This document shows, piece by piece, positions 8,820-18,949 of a stretch of 64,000 nt of DNA. Source of the stretch: Escherichia phage vB_EcoM_JS09; sequence record NC_024124.2; one strand, given 5' to 3'. Positions within the stretch are counted from its first letter, which is position 1. Each line of letters starts with the position of its first letter. Under the pieces are notes generated by a model that ran no database searches, was not told the DNA's origin, and saw only the letters and a list, made by a program, of their open reading frames with translations. A program made the position numbers and the translations under genes.

Positions 8820-9270
8820 ATTAGAAATAAGAAGCAATTTCAAATGGCCGTCATGCGCATTAAGTAATTTCGCCCAATGGCCTTTTGTTATGGATGGTAT
8901 TCAATTCGGAGGACTTGAAGGATTTCTCCAAGGATGTAAGGTGAAAAACGTTGAACAACAAAAACGTATATTTGGGTTGTCTGGATTGGCTGCACAGCAA
9001 GCTGGAAGGTCTTATGCAAGAGCTCAGGACCGTGGGACTCTCTTCTGGTTAGGAGTTCCATTTTCAAGATACTCTGAAGCGTGGAAAGAATTATACACAA
9101 ATGCATATTTTGAAGCCGCGATCCAAAACAAGGGGTTTCGTGATGCCTTACAAGCCTCTAAAGGAAAAATTTTGAAGCACAGCATGGCCAGCCACCTAAC
9201 AAAAGATGATACAATATTAACCGAAGCTGAATTTATTGATGTGTTAAACCTATTAAGAGACTCTTTATGA
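8812..9270 (+). CDS. NADAR / YbiA-like (DUF1768) domain protein
   Basis: ORF track 8803..9270 starts on GTG; ATG at 8812 overlaps upstream stop; motif SNFAQWPFVMDGIQF...EGFLQGCK matches recalled YbiA signature. Confidence 0.7.
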   Translation: MSELEIRSNFKWPSCALSNFAQWPFVMDGIQFGGLEGFLQGCKVKNVEQQKRIFGLSGLAAQQAGRSYARAQDRGTLFWLGVPFSRYSEAWKELYTNAYFEAAIQNKGFRDALQASKGKILKHSMASHLTKDDTILTEAEFIDVLNLLRDSL

Positions 9271-10082
9271 AACCTACTATTTTGACTGATATTGATGGTG
9301 TATGTTTAAGCTGGCAATCTGGACTTCCTTATTTTGCCCAAAAATATAATCTTCCATTAGAACATATTTTAAAAATGATTCAGGACGAAAAATTTATTTC
9401 TCCTGGTAAACTATTCAATACCGACGATGACCTCGGTAAACAATTAATAGAAAAATATAATCGCTCTGATTTTATTCGTTACTTAGCGCCTTATTCGGAT
9501 GCTCTTCGAGTTATCAATAAACTAAAAGAAGACTATAATTTTGTAGCCGTGACGGCGCTAGGTGATTCAATTGATGCTCGATTGAATAGACAATTTAATT
9601 TGAATGCTTTGTTCCCAGGCGCTTTCTCTGAAGTAATGATGTGTGGTCATGATTCTTCAAAGGAACAATTATTTGAACTAGCTAAAACAAAATATAACGT
9701 GATTTGTTATGTTGACGATTTAGCTCATCACTGTGACCATGCGGCAGAAATTCTTAATGTACCGATTTATTGGTTGGCCCGTGGTGAACGTGATGATATT
9801 CCTCGCACTGCACAACGTGTACACACGTGGGATGATATTGAATCTCGTTTGGTTCCACCCGAGCATAATTCAGATTCAGATCGTGAAGACCTTTTAAAAC
9901 GATTGGCGGATTTACTTAAAGAATCTGGTGCAACAAGTCCAGGTGCATGGCCTAATCAAATTGGCGCTCCGTCGAATCCGTATACCTGGCGAACCCCAGG
10001 ACCAACCGATATGCGGCCATGGTGGACGATTCAAAACTTTCCTTTAGATTCGTCTAAATGGACTTGGTCTATAAATTGTTAA
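9267..10082 (+). CDS. HAD-like hydrolase-fold protein
   Basis: 271 aa; N-terminal DIDGV motif resembles HAD motif I; position of T4 30.2. Confidence 0.55.
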   Translation: MKPTILTDIDGVCLSWQSGLPYFAQKYNLPLEHILKMIQDEKFISPGKLFNTDDDLGKQLIEKYNRSDFIRYLAPYSDALRVINKLKEDYNFVAVTALGDSIDARLNRQFNLNALFPGAFSEVMMCGHDSSKEQLFELAKTKYNVICYVDDLAHHCDHAAEILNVPIYWLARGERDDIPRTAQRVHTWDDIESRLVPPEHNSDSDREDLLKRLADLLKESGATSPGAWPNQIGAPSNPYTWRTPGPTDMRPWWTIQNFPLDSSKWTWSINC

Positions 10083-10091
10083 GGGATACTT

Positions 10092-10361
10092 ATGTTTGTA
10101 GTTCATGATATTACAGATGGCAAAAACACCACACGTGACTACGGTCACGTTAACATGTTCTTTCGAGACTGGCCGTTGTTTCGTTCAGTAAAAGACGCAG
10201 AAATATTTAAAGAGTGTGTTGAACAAGGGTTCATCTACATTTCAGAATACTATGTTGAAGGGCTCGGTAAATGGATTACCACTTATCAGAAAACTCTGAA
10301 ATCGCTTCTAGATGAAGTGGCTTATAATAGAACCGTAACCAAAATCGAGGACATCAAATGA
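10092..10361 (+). CDS. hypothetical protein (position of T4 30.1)
   Basis: 89 aa ORF, AAGGGA RBS, stop overlaps ligase start. Confidence 0.55.
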   Translation: MFVVHDITDGKNTTRDYGHVNMFFRDWPLFRSVKDAEIFKECVEQGFIYISEYYVEGLGKWITTYQKTLKSLLDEVAYNRTVTKIEDIK

Positions 10362-11851
10362 TTTTAGATATTTTAAACCAAATAGCTGCGATCGGTTCTA
10401 CTAAAACAAAACAAGAAATCCTTAAGAAAAATAAGGACAACAAATTACTTGAACGTGTGTATCGTTTAACATATGCACGTGGTATCCAGTATTATATTAA
10501 GAAATGGCCAGGACCAGGTGAAAGGTCTCAAGCGTATGGTCTTCTTGAATTAGATGACATGTTGGATTTTATTGAGTTCACATTAGCCACTCGTAAACTC
10601 ACTGGTAATGCTGCAATTAAAGAGCTCATGGGTTATATCGCTGACGGTAAACCTGATGATGTAGAAGTCCTTCGTCGTGTAATGATGCGCGACCTTGAAG
10701 TAGGTGCTTCAGTGTCTATCGCGAATAAGGTGTGGCCTGGACTTATTCAATTGCAACCACAGATGTTAGCATCTGCATATGACGAGAAATTGATTACTAA
10801 AAATATTAAATGGCCTGCATTTGCTCAATTAAAAGCCGATGGTGCTCGTTGTTTTGCTGAAGTTCGTGATGATGGTGTTCAATTCTTTTCTCGTGCTGGT
10901 AATGAATACCATGGTCTTACCCTATTAGCAGATGAACTAATGGAAATGACTAAAGAAGCTCGTGAAAGACACCCTAATGGGGTTTTAATCGACGGTGAAT
11001 TAGTTTATCATTCATTTGATATTAAAAAGGCTGTGAGCTCAGGAAATGACCTGTCGTTCTTATTTGGTGATAATGAAGAATCCGAAGAAGTACAAGTTGC
11101 AGACCGTAGCACTTCAAATGGTTTAGCAAATAAATCTCTTCAAGGGACTATTTCTCCTAAAGAAGCGGAAGGTATGGTTCTTCAAGCCTGGGACTATGTT
11201 CCTTTAGATGAAGTCTATTCTGATGGCAAAATTAAAGGTCAGAAATACGATGTTCGTTTTGCTGCTCTTGAAAATATGGCTGAAGGCTTTAAACGAATTG
11301 AGCCAATTGAAAATCAGTTAGTTCGTAATCTTGACGAAGCTAAAGTGGTTTATAAAAAATATGTTGACCAAGGTCTTGAAGGTATTATCCTTAAAAACCG
11401 TGATTCATATTGGGAAAACAAACGCTCTAAGAATCTAATTAAATTTAAAGAAGTTATTGATATCGCTTTAGAAGTTGTAGGATACTATGAACACTCTAAA
11501 GACCCTAACAAATTAGGTGGTGTCGAACTCGTATCACGTTGTCGTCGTATTACAACTGATTGTGGTTCAGGTTTTAAAGATACAACTCATAAAACAGTTG
11601 ATGGTGTAAAGGTTCTTATTCCTTTAGATGAGCGTCATGATTTAGACCGTGAACGATTAATGGCTGAAGCTCGTGAAGGTAAATTGATTGGACGTATTGC
11701 TGATTGTGAATGCAATGGTTGGGTTCATTCTAAAGGACGTGAAGGCACTGTAGGTATTTTCCTTCCAATTATTAAAGGGTTCCGTTTTGATAAAACAGAA
11801 GCGGATTCATTTGAAGACGTATTTGGACCGTGGTCCCAGACAGGTTTATAA
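10358..11851 (+). CDS. 30: ATP-dependent DNA ligase
   Basis: 497 aa; near-identical N-terminus to T4 DNA ligase (MILDILNQIAAIGSTKTKQEILKKNKDN...), KADGAR adenylation motif. Confidence 0.95.
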   Translation: MILDILNQIAAIGSTKTKQEILKKNKDNKLLERVYRLTYARGIQYYIKKWPGPGERSQAYGLLELDDMLDFIEFTLATRKLTGNAAIKELMGYIADGKPDDVEVLRRVMMRDLEVGASVSIANKVWPGLIQLQPQMLASAYDEKLITKNIKWPAFAQLKADGARCFAEVRDDGVQFFSRAGNEYHGLTLLADELMEMTKEARERHPNGVLIDGELVYHSFDIKKAVSSGNDLSFLFGDNEESEEVQVADRSTSNGLANKSLQGTISPKEAEGMVLQAWDYVPLDEVYSDGKIKGQKYDVRFAALENMAEGFKRIEPIENQLVRNLDEAKVVYKKYVDQGLEGIILKNRDSYWENKRSKNLIKFKEVIDIALEVVGYYEHSKDPNKLGGVELVSRCRRITTDCGSGFKDTTHKTVDGVKVLIPLDERHDLDRERLMAEAREGKLIGRIADCECNGWVHSKGREGTVGIFLPIIKGFRFDKTEADSFEDVFGPWSQTGL

Positions 11852-12039
11852 TGAAAGCTTATTTAGAAACAGTTATTGTAGCTAAGAAGGATGGTGGAGA
11901 TGTTTCCACCTCTTGCTCTCAGATTATATTAGATTTTCCTAATGAAAATTCGTATCGGGTTTTCGTAGATAATGTTAATGGGTACGAAAAAGGCCCTAAT
12001 TTTGAAGTTTATCGTACTTTGCTCCCGATTGTGGATTAA
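11851..12039 (+). CDS. hypothetical protein
   Basis: ORF track 11830..12039 starts on GTG; ATG 11851 overlaps ligase stop; followed by terminator. Confidence 0.45.
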   Translation: MKAYLETVIVAKKDGGDVSTSCSQIILDFPNENSYRVFVDNVNGYEKGPNFEVYRTLLPIVD

Positions 12040-12058
12040 GAGCCTTCGGGCTCTTTTT
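12038..12058 (+). terminator. rho-independent terminator, C(UUCG)G hairpin
   Basis: AAGAGCC-TTCG-GGCTCTT followed by TTT. Confidence 0.7.
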
Positions 12059-12094
12059 GGCATAAATATAAATTATTACTAAAAGGAAAACACT

Positions 12095-14182
12095 ATGTCT
12101 GAACAATTAAATGAAGTGTTTGAATCTGAAGGCAGTCTTCCTGTCGTCAATTTGAACCCTAAAGCTAAAGTTCCACAAGTCTGGAAAATTGGTGATATCG
12201 ATACAAACATCGTAGTTCGCTTATTCTCTTATCTTTCTGAAGGCGATGCTGTAAAACAAGTTAAACTTGGCGACAAATATGCTCATGTTGTTATTATGAG
12301 TCTGTCTGAAAAGGGTAATCTCGCTGAATTGAAAAATGGCCTTGGTCCTGCTCCTATTGATGCAATCAACACCATTTTCAATACAGTGTATGAACAGGTT
12401 AAAGCTCTTCGTATGGATGCAGTTCTGTTCCGATTCCCTACCAAGAAATTGAAAGGACGTGGACAACAGCTTCAAACTCTTCTTGCTCGTTTAGTTTCTA
12501 CTAAAACCGGTGGTCGTTTTAAAGTATTGTCGGCAATGTATCAATTCACAGGTAAACACACCTATGTGATGATGGTTCGTAAAAATGCCAACATTGAAGA
12601 TATTAAAGGCATCCCTAACATTAACACAGAGTTGTACACGAAAGTAGATTCTGATGTTGGCGAAGTTTATGTGAGTAAAAAGACTGGCGAAAAGGTCACC
12701 AAAGAAACGGCTATCGCTGGTTCTATTGCTGCTGTAGAAGAAAAACGTAAAGATAAGCCTGTTATTGCTCGTACTAAAATTTCTCGTCGTGCTATTGCAG
12801 CAAGTCAATCTTTAGAAGCTGACCGCCAAGAAGGTGAGTTATTCCAGAAATACGAAAATTCTGCTAAAGAAGTTAGTGGCCCAGCTACGGCCGAATTACT
12901 TCCCGAAGCATATGAAATCGTACTAGCCCAAGCATCGTCCACAGCAAAAGGCACTTTAGTTGCTGATATCGAAAATAAGATTTATAATCGTATTGATGAA
13001 TCCTTTAGATTTGCTGATGAAGTTTCTTATGGTAGTGTTATTAAGCCAACTTTAGAAAAGTTTGCTAAGAAAATTAAAACCGAAAAAACAACATCTGTTA
13101 AAGCATTAGCTGCTTTTGTTGAAGCTGCAAATGAAATTGCAGACTCTATTAAAGACGAATGGTTTGAAGATTTTAGACGAGATAATTTCCAACTGACAGA
13201 CGACGTTTTAGCTGAAGTATCTGAAAAAACTTGGAAACAACGTAAATCAGCGTTCTTGTCTAATGTGATGTATACTTATGCACGAGAATCGGCCAGAGGC
13301 ACCTTTAATATAACAATGAATCGGGACCCTAAACAATACTCTGTTGCTGAAAAACGAGCTATTCGTGAATATGCCTCTTCTGCGTATACCGATATCAATA
13401 ATATGTTGTTAGGTCGTTATAAACCGGATTTTTACGATGTTGCAGATGAAGATGAAGTTAAACGCGCTATTGATGGTCTTGATTCGGCGTTTTTAAATGG
13501 AGACCGTTTACCTGAAGGACTAACGTTATATAGAGCTCAGTCTATCAGAATGCCTATTTACGAAGCAATGGTTAAAAATAAGGTATTCTACTTCAGAAAC
13601 TATGTTTCCACTTCACTAGCTCCTATTATTTTCGGTGGGTTTAAAGAGAACGTTGCCCTTGGACTTGCTCCTGAAGAAGTTCGCAAAGAGCTTAACATTG
13701 ATAATAATGACGAAGGTGTTACTATTTCTCCTAGTCAAGTAAGAACAGCTATGCATGCACCAGAACAAATCCGTGTTAACGTTGGATGGGCTATTGATGG
13801 CGCCCATAAAGTTAACGTGATTTATCCAGGACAGTTGAGTAATCACCCTAATGAGCAAGAAATTATTTTGCCTAGAGGCATTCTCTTGCAGATAAATAAA
13901 ATTACAGATGCGTCATCTGATACTGGTGCAGGTTTAGAATCCAACCTTAAATTTATTCAAGCTGAAGTCATGTCCTCAGACCAGTTAGATGAAGCTGTCA
14001 TTTATGATGGTGATGTTCTCATGGAAACAGGCGAGGTAGTTGCTATGACAGGTGAAATCGAATCAGATGAGCCGGTATCTTTTGCCTCATTTGTAGAAAA
14101 AACTAGTGCACCTAAAGGTTTGAAATTGTTAGCATCTTTAATGGATTTAGAATCAGTTCCGTTTAAATTTGTCCAAGGATAG
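12095..14182 (+). CDS. alt: ADP-ribosyltransferase Alt (virion-packaged)
   Basis: 695 aa; position next to ligase and shared stretches with T4 Alt as recalled (ISRRAIA.SQSLE). Confidence 0.85.
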   Translation: MSEQLNEVFESEGSLPVVNLNPKAKVPQVWKIGDIDTNIVVRLFSYLSEGDAVKQVKLGDKYAHVVIMSLSEKGNLAELKNGLGPAPIDAINTIFNTVYEQVKALRMDAVLFRFPTKKLKGRGQQLQTLLARLVSTKTGGRFKVLSAMYQFTGKHTYVMMVRKNANIEDIKGIPNINTELYTKVDSDVGEVYVSKKTGEKVTKETAIAGSIAAVEEKRKDKPVIARTKISRRAIAASQSLEADRQEGELFQKYENSAKEVSGPATAELLPEAYEIVLAQASSTAKGTLVADIENKIYNRIDESFRFADEVSYGSVIKPTLEKFAKKIKTEKTTSVKALAAFVEAANEIADSIKDEWFEDFRRDNFQLTDDVLAEVSEKTWKQRKSAFLSNVMYTYARESARGTFNITMNRDPKQYSVAEKRAIREYASSAYTDINNMLLGRYKPDFYDVADEDEVKRAIDGLDSAFLNGDRLPEGLTLYRAQSIRMPIYEAMVKNKVFYFRNYVSTSLAPIIFGGFKENVALGLAPEEVRKELNIDNNDEGVTISPSQVRTAMHAPEQIRVNVGWAIDGAHKVNVIYPGQLSNHPNEQEIILPRGILLQINKITDASSDTGAGLESNLKFIQAEVMSSDQLDEAVIYDGDVLMETGEVVAMTGEIESDEPVSFASFVEKTSAPKGLKLLASLMDLESVPFKFVQG

Positions 14183-14211
14183 TTTACAAACACATGGATG
14201 TGTGATACTAT
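14182..14211 (+). promoter_or_regulatory. T4-type early promoter
   Basis: GTTTAC 14182-14187, TACTAT 14206-14211; GAGGAA RBS then ATG 14241. Confidence 0.55.
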
Positions 14212-14240
14212 CATCCCATCAACAACATGAGGAAAACGTT

Positions 14241-14534
14241 ATGAAATCTATGCTTCGCTTTAATGGTCAAGAACTAGTAGTTGAAGATGCTATCCCAGCG
14301 GATGATGTTTTTAACGAAGCTGTGATTGATGAATTGAATCGAGTATTCCCAGGTGCATTCCATATTGCTATGGAACCTCTTAAAAACTTTCGTGACCCTG
14401 AGCACACTGATCAAATTTTTGTCGGTGTAGTGACAGGTCATTTAGAAACAGAGGTACCAATGGTCGTATTAGTTAAATACTCTAAAGATGATACTCCATT
14501 CCGAGCACCAGCATTCCTTTCATTCCGTAAATAA
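14241..14534 (+). CDS. hypothetical protein
   Basis: ORF track 14169..14534; upstream part overlaps promoter, so ATG 14241 after GAGGAA preferred. Confidence 0.5.
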   Translation: MKSMLRFNGQELVVEDAIPADDVFNEAVIDELNRVFPGAFHIAMEPLKNFRDPEHTDQIFVGVVTGHLETEVPMVVLVKYSKDDTPFRAPAFLSFRK

Positions 14535-14543
14535 ACCCCTAAA

Positions 14544-14565
14544 GGGAGACAACGTCTCCCTTTTT
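14544..14565. terminator. bidirectional terminator between convergent genes
   Basis: GGGAGAC-AAC-GTCTCCC with TTTTT on + side and A-rich run on the other. Confidence 0.6.
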
Positions 14566-14566
14566 C

Positions 14567-15529
14567 TTATAGTCCTAAAACTCTTGACGCAGAATTCACC
14601 ACACCTGTCAATGTGTTTATATTAGACACACCACCAGCAGTCCCACCTAATCTAGAAAGTCTTGATACTGCACTTCCTAGTCCAGAATCATTCTGATTAT
14701 TTCCAAACATTCCTGAAACACTACTAATAAGTCCTGATTCCAGCCATTCTAAAGCAGCCTGTCTATTTACAGCACCTGATTGCATAACGCGATAAGCAAA
14801 TGTTACATCAAAAACTGTTATCTGATTATCACCATCATACGTTAACTCAGGAGAAGAGACACTAACAGGAATACATCCTGTGAACATGACAGCGGTATGT
14901 GGTAAACCATTTCGTGCGTGTAAATTAACCTGAATATCTGCTTCGACGTCTTGTGGTAAAGCACGAAGACCTGTTACAGGGTCTTGGACTGAGTTTACCC
15001 AGTCTTGCATTGCTCTAAAGTTAGATGCTTCGGAATCCATTCTAAAGCTTATTACTAACGGGTCCATTTCACGACCGGTAATTCGGATGTTCGGGGAGTT
15101 ATAGTTGAAATCCGTTTCATAGGATAATCGGTTCTCAGGCATTTTTACAGAATAAATCATTAAACCTGTATTATTATATGCCATATTGAAGAAGTCTATC
15201 AGATAAGTTCCTACTGTGAACTCACCTAACAAGCTTTGTACCGTACGTTGACTCATTGCTCCAATCAGATATTTACTTGCACCCGATTTTCGAATTAATT
15301 TCTGTGTTCCTGCTGTAATCAGGGTTGTTACGCCCTGATTGATATCACCTTGAGACAATCCTAGCCAATCTGAATCCAACCCTAAGTTATTATAAGCAAA
15401 ACTACCAATTGACGAAATTAGTGAAGATGATTTGGTCGATGGGGTAGTAGCAAATACACAACTAAACATATTGTTTCGTTGGAAATCCGCATTTATAGCG
15501 TGGTTATTAAATTCTTCTAAAGAGTACAT
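14567..15529 (-). CDS. 54: baseplate tail-tube initiator
   Basis: 320 aa, T4 gp54 length and position. Confidence 0.9.
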   Translation of the reverse strand: MYSLEEFNNHAINADFQRNNMFSCVFATTPSTKSSSLISSIGSFAYNNLGLDSDWLGLSQGDINQGVTTLITAGTQKLIRKSGASKYLIGAMSQRTVQSLLGEFTVGTYLIDFFNMAYNNTGLMIYSVKMPENRLSYETDFNYNSPNIRITGREMDPLVISFRMDSEASNFRAMQDWVNSVQDPVTGLRALPQDVEADIQVNLHARNGLPHTAVMFTGCIPVSVSSPELTYDGDNQITVFDVTFAYRVMQSGAVNRQAALEWLESGLISSVSGMFGNNQNDSGLGSAVSRLSRLGGTAGGVSNINTLTGVVNSASRVLGL

Positions 15530-16638
15530 TAGAAAGTCCCCGCATAAAGTGAAGAACGGTTTAATGTAATAATTTCTCGCATTGTTATCTCTAACGTAAA
15601 TGTTGATGGTAAGTTAGGAGCAACAGCGAGACCATTAAATTGTCCATTTGGAGTTTTATCAAAACGTACGCTTTGAATTTGACATGGGCCAAATACGTCA
15701 GTTAATCCGTCAAATTTAGATGTATAACCAAAGTTTTTAACCATCCAAATTGTAGGGTTGCTTACAACTAATACATTTGTTAATGACGCAGTAATCTTTT
15801 CAAACAATGTCTTATTTTTTACTGCATCATCTGGCGTCATAGGCTCAATAAACGTTGAACGGTACCATTCGTCTAAATAACTTTTAATCTCTTGAGCGTA
15901 CTGTGATTTACCGGTCTCACCATATGAGAAATAGTTAAAATACTGGTAAATGTTTATAATAGCCATAAGGTCTTCAGTTGAACGTGGAGTTAAATCCCAT
16001 GTAAAGACTTTAGTACGGTTCTCAGCACCGCCATACATACTACGAGAAGTCGTATAAATCTGTTCGTTATTATCAGCCATAAGCCCTTGAGTAATAGAAT
16101 CTAATGCACCAAAAACTGCAGTAGAAGCAATGTTACTTAAAACACCCGTAGCAGTACCTCCACCTTTAGTAATAAGGCTATCACCGACATCATTAAAACG
16201 ATGCGAAGTTGTATCAACGTCGGATTTGGAACGTGGCAAAAGTATATTAGCAACAGGAGTTTTGTTTATAGTAGACTTATTAGCTCCGGCAGGAAGCAAT
16301 CCATTTGAGAATTTAGTCACTGCATCTTTCACATTATCAGTTAAATCTGATATGATACCATTAGATGAAGTCCCGGCATACGCCGGACGTAAATTCCTGA
16401 GGGATCCTGAATCGCGTGCAGACATATTGTACGCGGTAAATAATAATCCATTCTTATAAAGGTCTGTTACCTGGAAGTCTCCTGTGGAGTCATTTCCGGC
16501 TGCTCTTCCTGTAGGAAATTGAGCAACATAAGTTTTAGTAGTTGTTTCTGTTTTAGTGCTTTGCCCGGCACTTTCTGAGACTGGGATTGCTTTATTTAAA
16601 TCCTTTGCATCTACTACTATTTCTTTTACACTAATCAT
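15529..16638 (-). CDS. 48: baseplate tail-tube cap
   Basis: 369 aa, T4 gp48 position. Confidence 0.9.
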   Translation of the reverse strand: MISVKEIVVDAKDLNKAIPVSESAGQSTKTETTTKTYVAQFPTGRAAGNDSTGDFQVTDLYKNGLLFTAYNMSARDSGSLRNLRPAYAGTSSNGIISDLTDNVKDAVTKFSNGLLPAGANKSTINKTPVANILLPRSKSDVDTTSHRFNDVGDSLITKGGGTATGVLSNIASTAVFGALDSITQGLMADNNEQIYTTSRSMYGGAENRTKVFTWDLTPRSTEDLMAIINIYQYFNYFSYGETGKSQYAQEIKSYLDEWYRSTFIEPMTPDDAVKNKTLFEKITASLTNVLVVSNPTIWMVKNFGYTSKFDGLTDVFGPCQIQSVRFDKTPNGQFNGLAVAPNLPSTFTLEITMREIITLNRSSLYAGTF

Positions 16639-16646
16639 AATAATCC

Positions 16647-18419
16647 TTAATTAACACCGGTGGCATGGAAAATTCCAGGAGCCGTTGTACTTGTTACAGG
16701 GGTCATATTCTGGACTACGGTATTCTTTTTGACGACATTATTTGTGTTACTAATCGCCGCTACCGGTTGCTGTTGTTTAGATTCAGAAGCACGTCCTTTC
16801 TCTATTGACTGAACTTGTTTTGCTTCTGGAGATTTAGACGAAGATTCAGGCTTAACTGTTGTCTGAGCCTTTTTGGCTTCAGCCATTTTATTATTTAGCT
16901 TTTCAAATCTAGCATCTAATTCCTTTTTAACAACAGGAGTTTTATTAAGTTCAGGGTCTTTAATAAGTTTACTTAAATCAGCATAAGACTTCTCGACGTT
17001 TTTAGCATTTTCTGGATTAGTCATATCGATTTTATCGATATAATCCTCAAATCTAACTAGTGCCGCACGAGTTTCATTAGCTTTTATATACGCCTCTTTA
17101 CGCTCCTCTTCAGGTAACTCTTTTAATTTTGCTGATTCCGCAGCACGCTCATCGCTTGTACTAAACTCTTCTTTATTGTCATTACCACGAACCCAGTTAG
17201 TAACGAATGTTTTGCCGCGTTGTAACATATCAAGACCTTTAGAAACGGTTCCTAATTCCCCATCGTCACGCTTCATTTGATATTTAGCGACTTTCTCTTG
17301 GTCTTCTTTCTTTAATGTGTTCCCAGTAGTTTCTTGGAATCCTTCCAAAGCACGTCCTTCTATTTCGTCCGCGGTATCACCAAAACCTATAGCACGCAAT
17401 ATAGACGCAGAGAGTTTAGCCATTCCTAATTGAATTAGTTCACCTAAGTTCATTAATGCTGTTCCTACACCTTTGACAATAGCAACGGTTAAACCACCCC
17501 AGTCTCCAGCTTCCCACAATTGTTTTATAGAGTCAATAGAAGTGAATATATCACTTAAGAATTTACCCCACTCTTTAGCTTCATCAGAGAATTTAGTAAA
17601 GTTTTCATCAAATAAATCCCAGGCAGAAGTGAACTTGTCTGTCCAATATTTGAAATGGACTATCAATAAATCAATACCGATAACAATACCAAGAATAAGT
17701 GCGGCCAATTTTGCTGCTTCAATAGCAGCCGTTATAGTGTATTTGAAAAGCATTCCAGCAATTCTGTCTGAAATTGATATTGATTTATTAAACCCGGTTT
17801 GAACTGTTTTGGTGAGCATTGCAATTTTATCGCTCAATTTAAAGCTAATTCCGCCTTTAGAATCGGAAGTAGAATTAGCACTTTCTTGAACCGGGGCTGG
17901 GAAGAAATCTTCGTCTGGCTTATTATCAATCTTTTCAGGTGTAGGGAATGCTTTAAACAACTCATCAGAAGTTTCATTCTCAACCACTTTAACAGGTATC
18001 GCGTTCTCAATTACTTCAAGAGAGGTGCCTCCTGTATTTTGAATAGCGGTAGATGTTTGTAATTTTTGCTCTAATAATGTAGCTAATCGGTCTAACTTAG
18101 AGCTTATTGCACTAGAAACTTCGTTTATACTTTTAGTGACTTCAGTTTGTTTTTCAATAACTTCTGCGATAAGCTCTGTGCCTTCAGCAGTATTATCTGT
18201 CGAATTCTTTAAGTCTCCAATTGATTCAATAATTCCATTGCCTTTATCTTCTACACTTTGTGATGTGAGTTCAGACGCGGCTTGGACATCGTCTAGTTTT
18301 GATGAAATATCATTCAATGCTTCTAATGAATCAGTAGCTGCTGTTGCAGCTACTTTTTGTGGTTTATTATCGGCAATGACCTTATTTCTACGCATGGATT
18401 TCATTTCTTCAGGTTTCAT
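16647..18419 (-). CDS. 29: tail length tape measure / baseplate hub protein
   Basis: 590 aa, T4 gp29 length and position. Confidence 0.9.
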   Translation of the reverse strand: MKPEEMKSMRRNKVIADNKPQKVAATAATDSLEALNDISSKLDDVQAASELTSQSVEDKGNGIIESIGDLKNSTDNTAEGTELIAEVIEKQTEVTKSINEVSSAISSKLDRLATLLEQKLQTSTAIQNTGGTSLEVIENAIPVKVVENETSDELFKAFPTPEKIDNKPDEDFFPAPVQESANSTSDSKGGISFKLSDKIAMLTKTVQTGFNKSISISDRIAGMLFKYTITAAIEAAKLAALILGIVIGIDLLIVHFKYWTDKFTSAWDLFDENFTKFSDEAKEWGKFLSDIFTSIDSIKQLWEAGDWGGLTVAIVKGVGTALMNLGELIQLGMAKLSASILRAIGFGDTADEIEGRALEGFQETTGNTLKKEDQEKVAKYQMKRDDGELGTVSKGLDMLQRGKTFVTNWVRGNDNKEEFSTSDERAAESAKLKELPEEERKEAYIKANETRAALVRFEDYIDKIDMTNPENAKNVEKSYADLSKLIKDPELNKTPVVKKELDARFEKLNNKMAEAKKAQTTVKPESSSKSPEAKQVQSIEKGRASESKQQQPVAAISNTNNVVKKNTVVQNMTPVTSTTAPGIFHATGVN

Positions 18420-18949
18420 TCAAGCAATCCAATAATTTCTGCTATACCCTTAATAGGGCCATTAGGGCCTGGAATAGCAATAGTTGTCGAAAGGTCTTCT
18501 GCCCATTTGATTACAAAAGCAGGCATCTCAAGGAAAGAAATTTCTTTCTCTTCGTCATTAACTTTTATTAAGCAATTTGATAGCATTTCACTGATTGTAG
18601 CGAATTGTTCAAATTTGCCTGGGGGTCTAAAATAAAAAGTATTACCTTGAAATTGGAATTCTGTTCGTTGGCATACATAGACGTCATCTAGTTTATAAGT
18701 GAATCCATCTTTTTCAACTTCAGACTTAAGTTTGTTATTAAATTCCAATATGTGTAGACATGCAAAATCAAAATCTGCGGGACTCATATTTTTACAAATA
18801 GAATCAGCTAAGATTTTCATGTTTTCGTCAGGACCTTTAACGTCCTTTAAAAGATTATAATGTTTGAGCCCTAATTTGGGAATCATTACCTTTTTATTAG
18901 ACTGTGGTAGAATTATTTTCTTTAGAGGTAGAATCAGATTTAAGTTCAT
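18416..18949 (-). CDS. 28: baseplate distal hub subunit
   Basis: 177 aa, T4 gp28 length and position; 53-nt overlap with gene 27 makes start uncertain. Confidence 0.8.
   Translation of the reverse strand: MNLNLILPLKKIILPQSNKKVMIPKLGLKHYNLLKDVKGPDENMKILADSICKNMSPADFDFACLHILEFNNKLKSEVEKDGFTYKLDDVYVCQRTEFQFQGNTFYFRPPGKFEQFATISEMLSNCLIKVNDEEKEISFLEMPAFVIKWAEDLSTTIAIPGPNGPIKGIAEIIGLLE

Noticed and set aside
16130-18062. Antisense or embedded ORFs inside well-supported genes (for example 1455..1925, 4207..4509, 16130..16459, 17473..18062, 30891..31475, 31791..32135, 35216..35746, 36149..36454, 52315..52569)
   Set aside because: Each overlaps a conserved T4 core gene on the other strand or frame, lacks a convincing RBS and has no recognisable motif; treated as frame noise.
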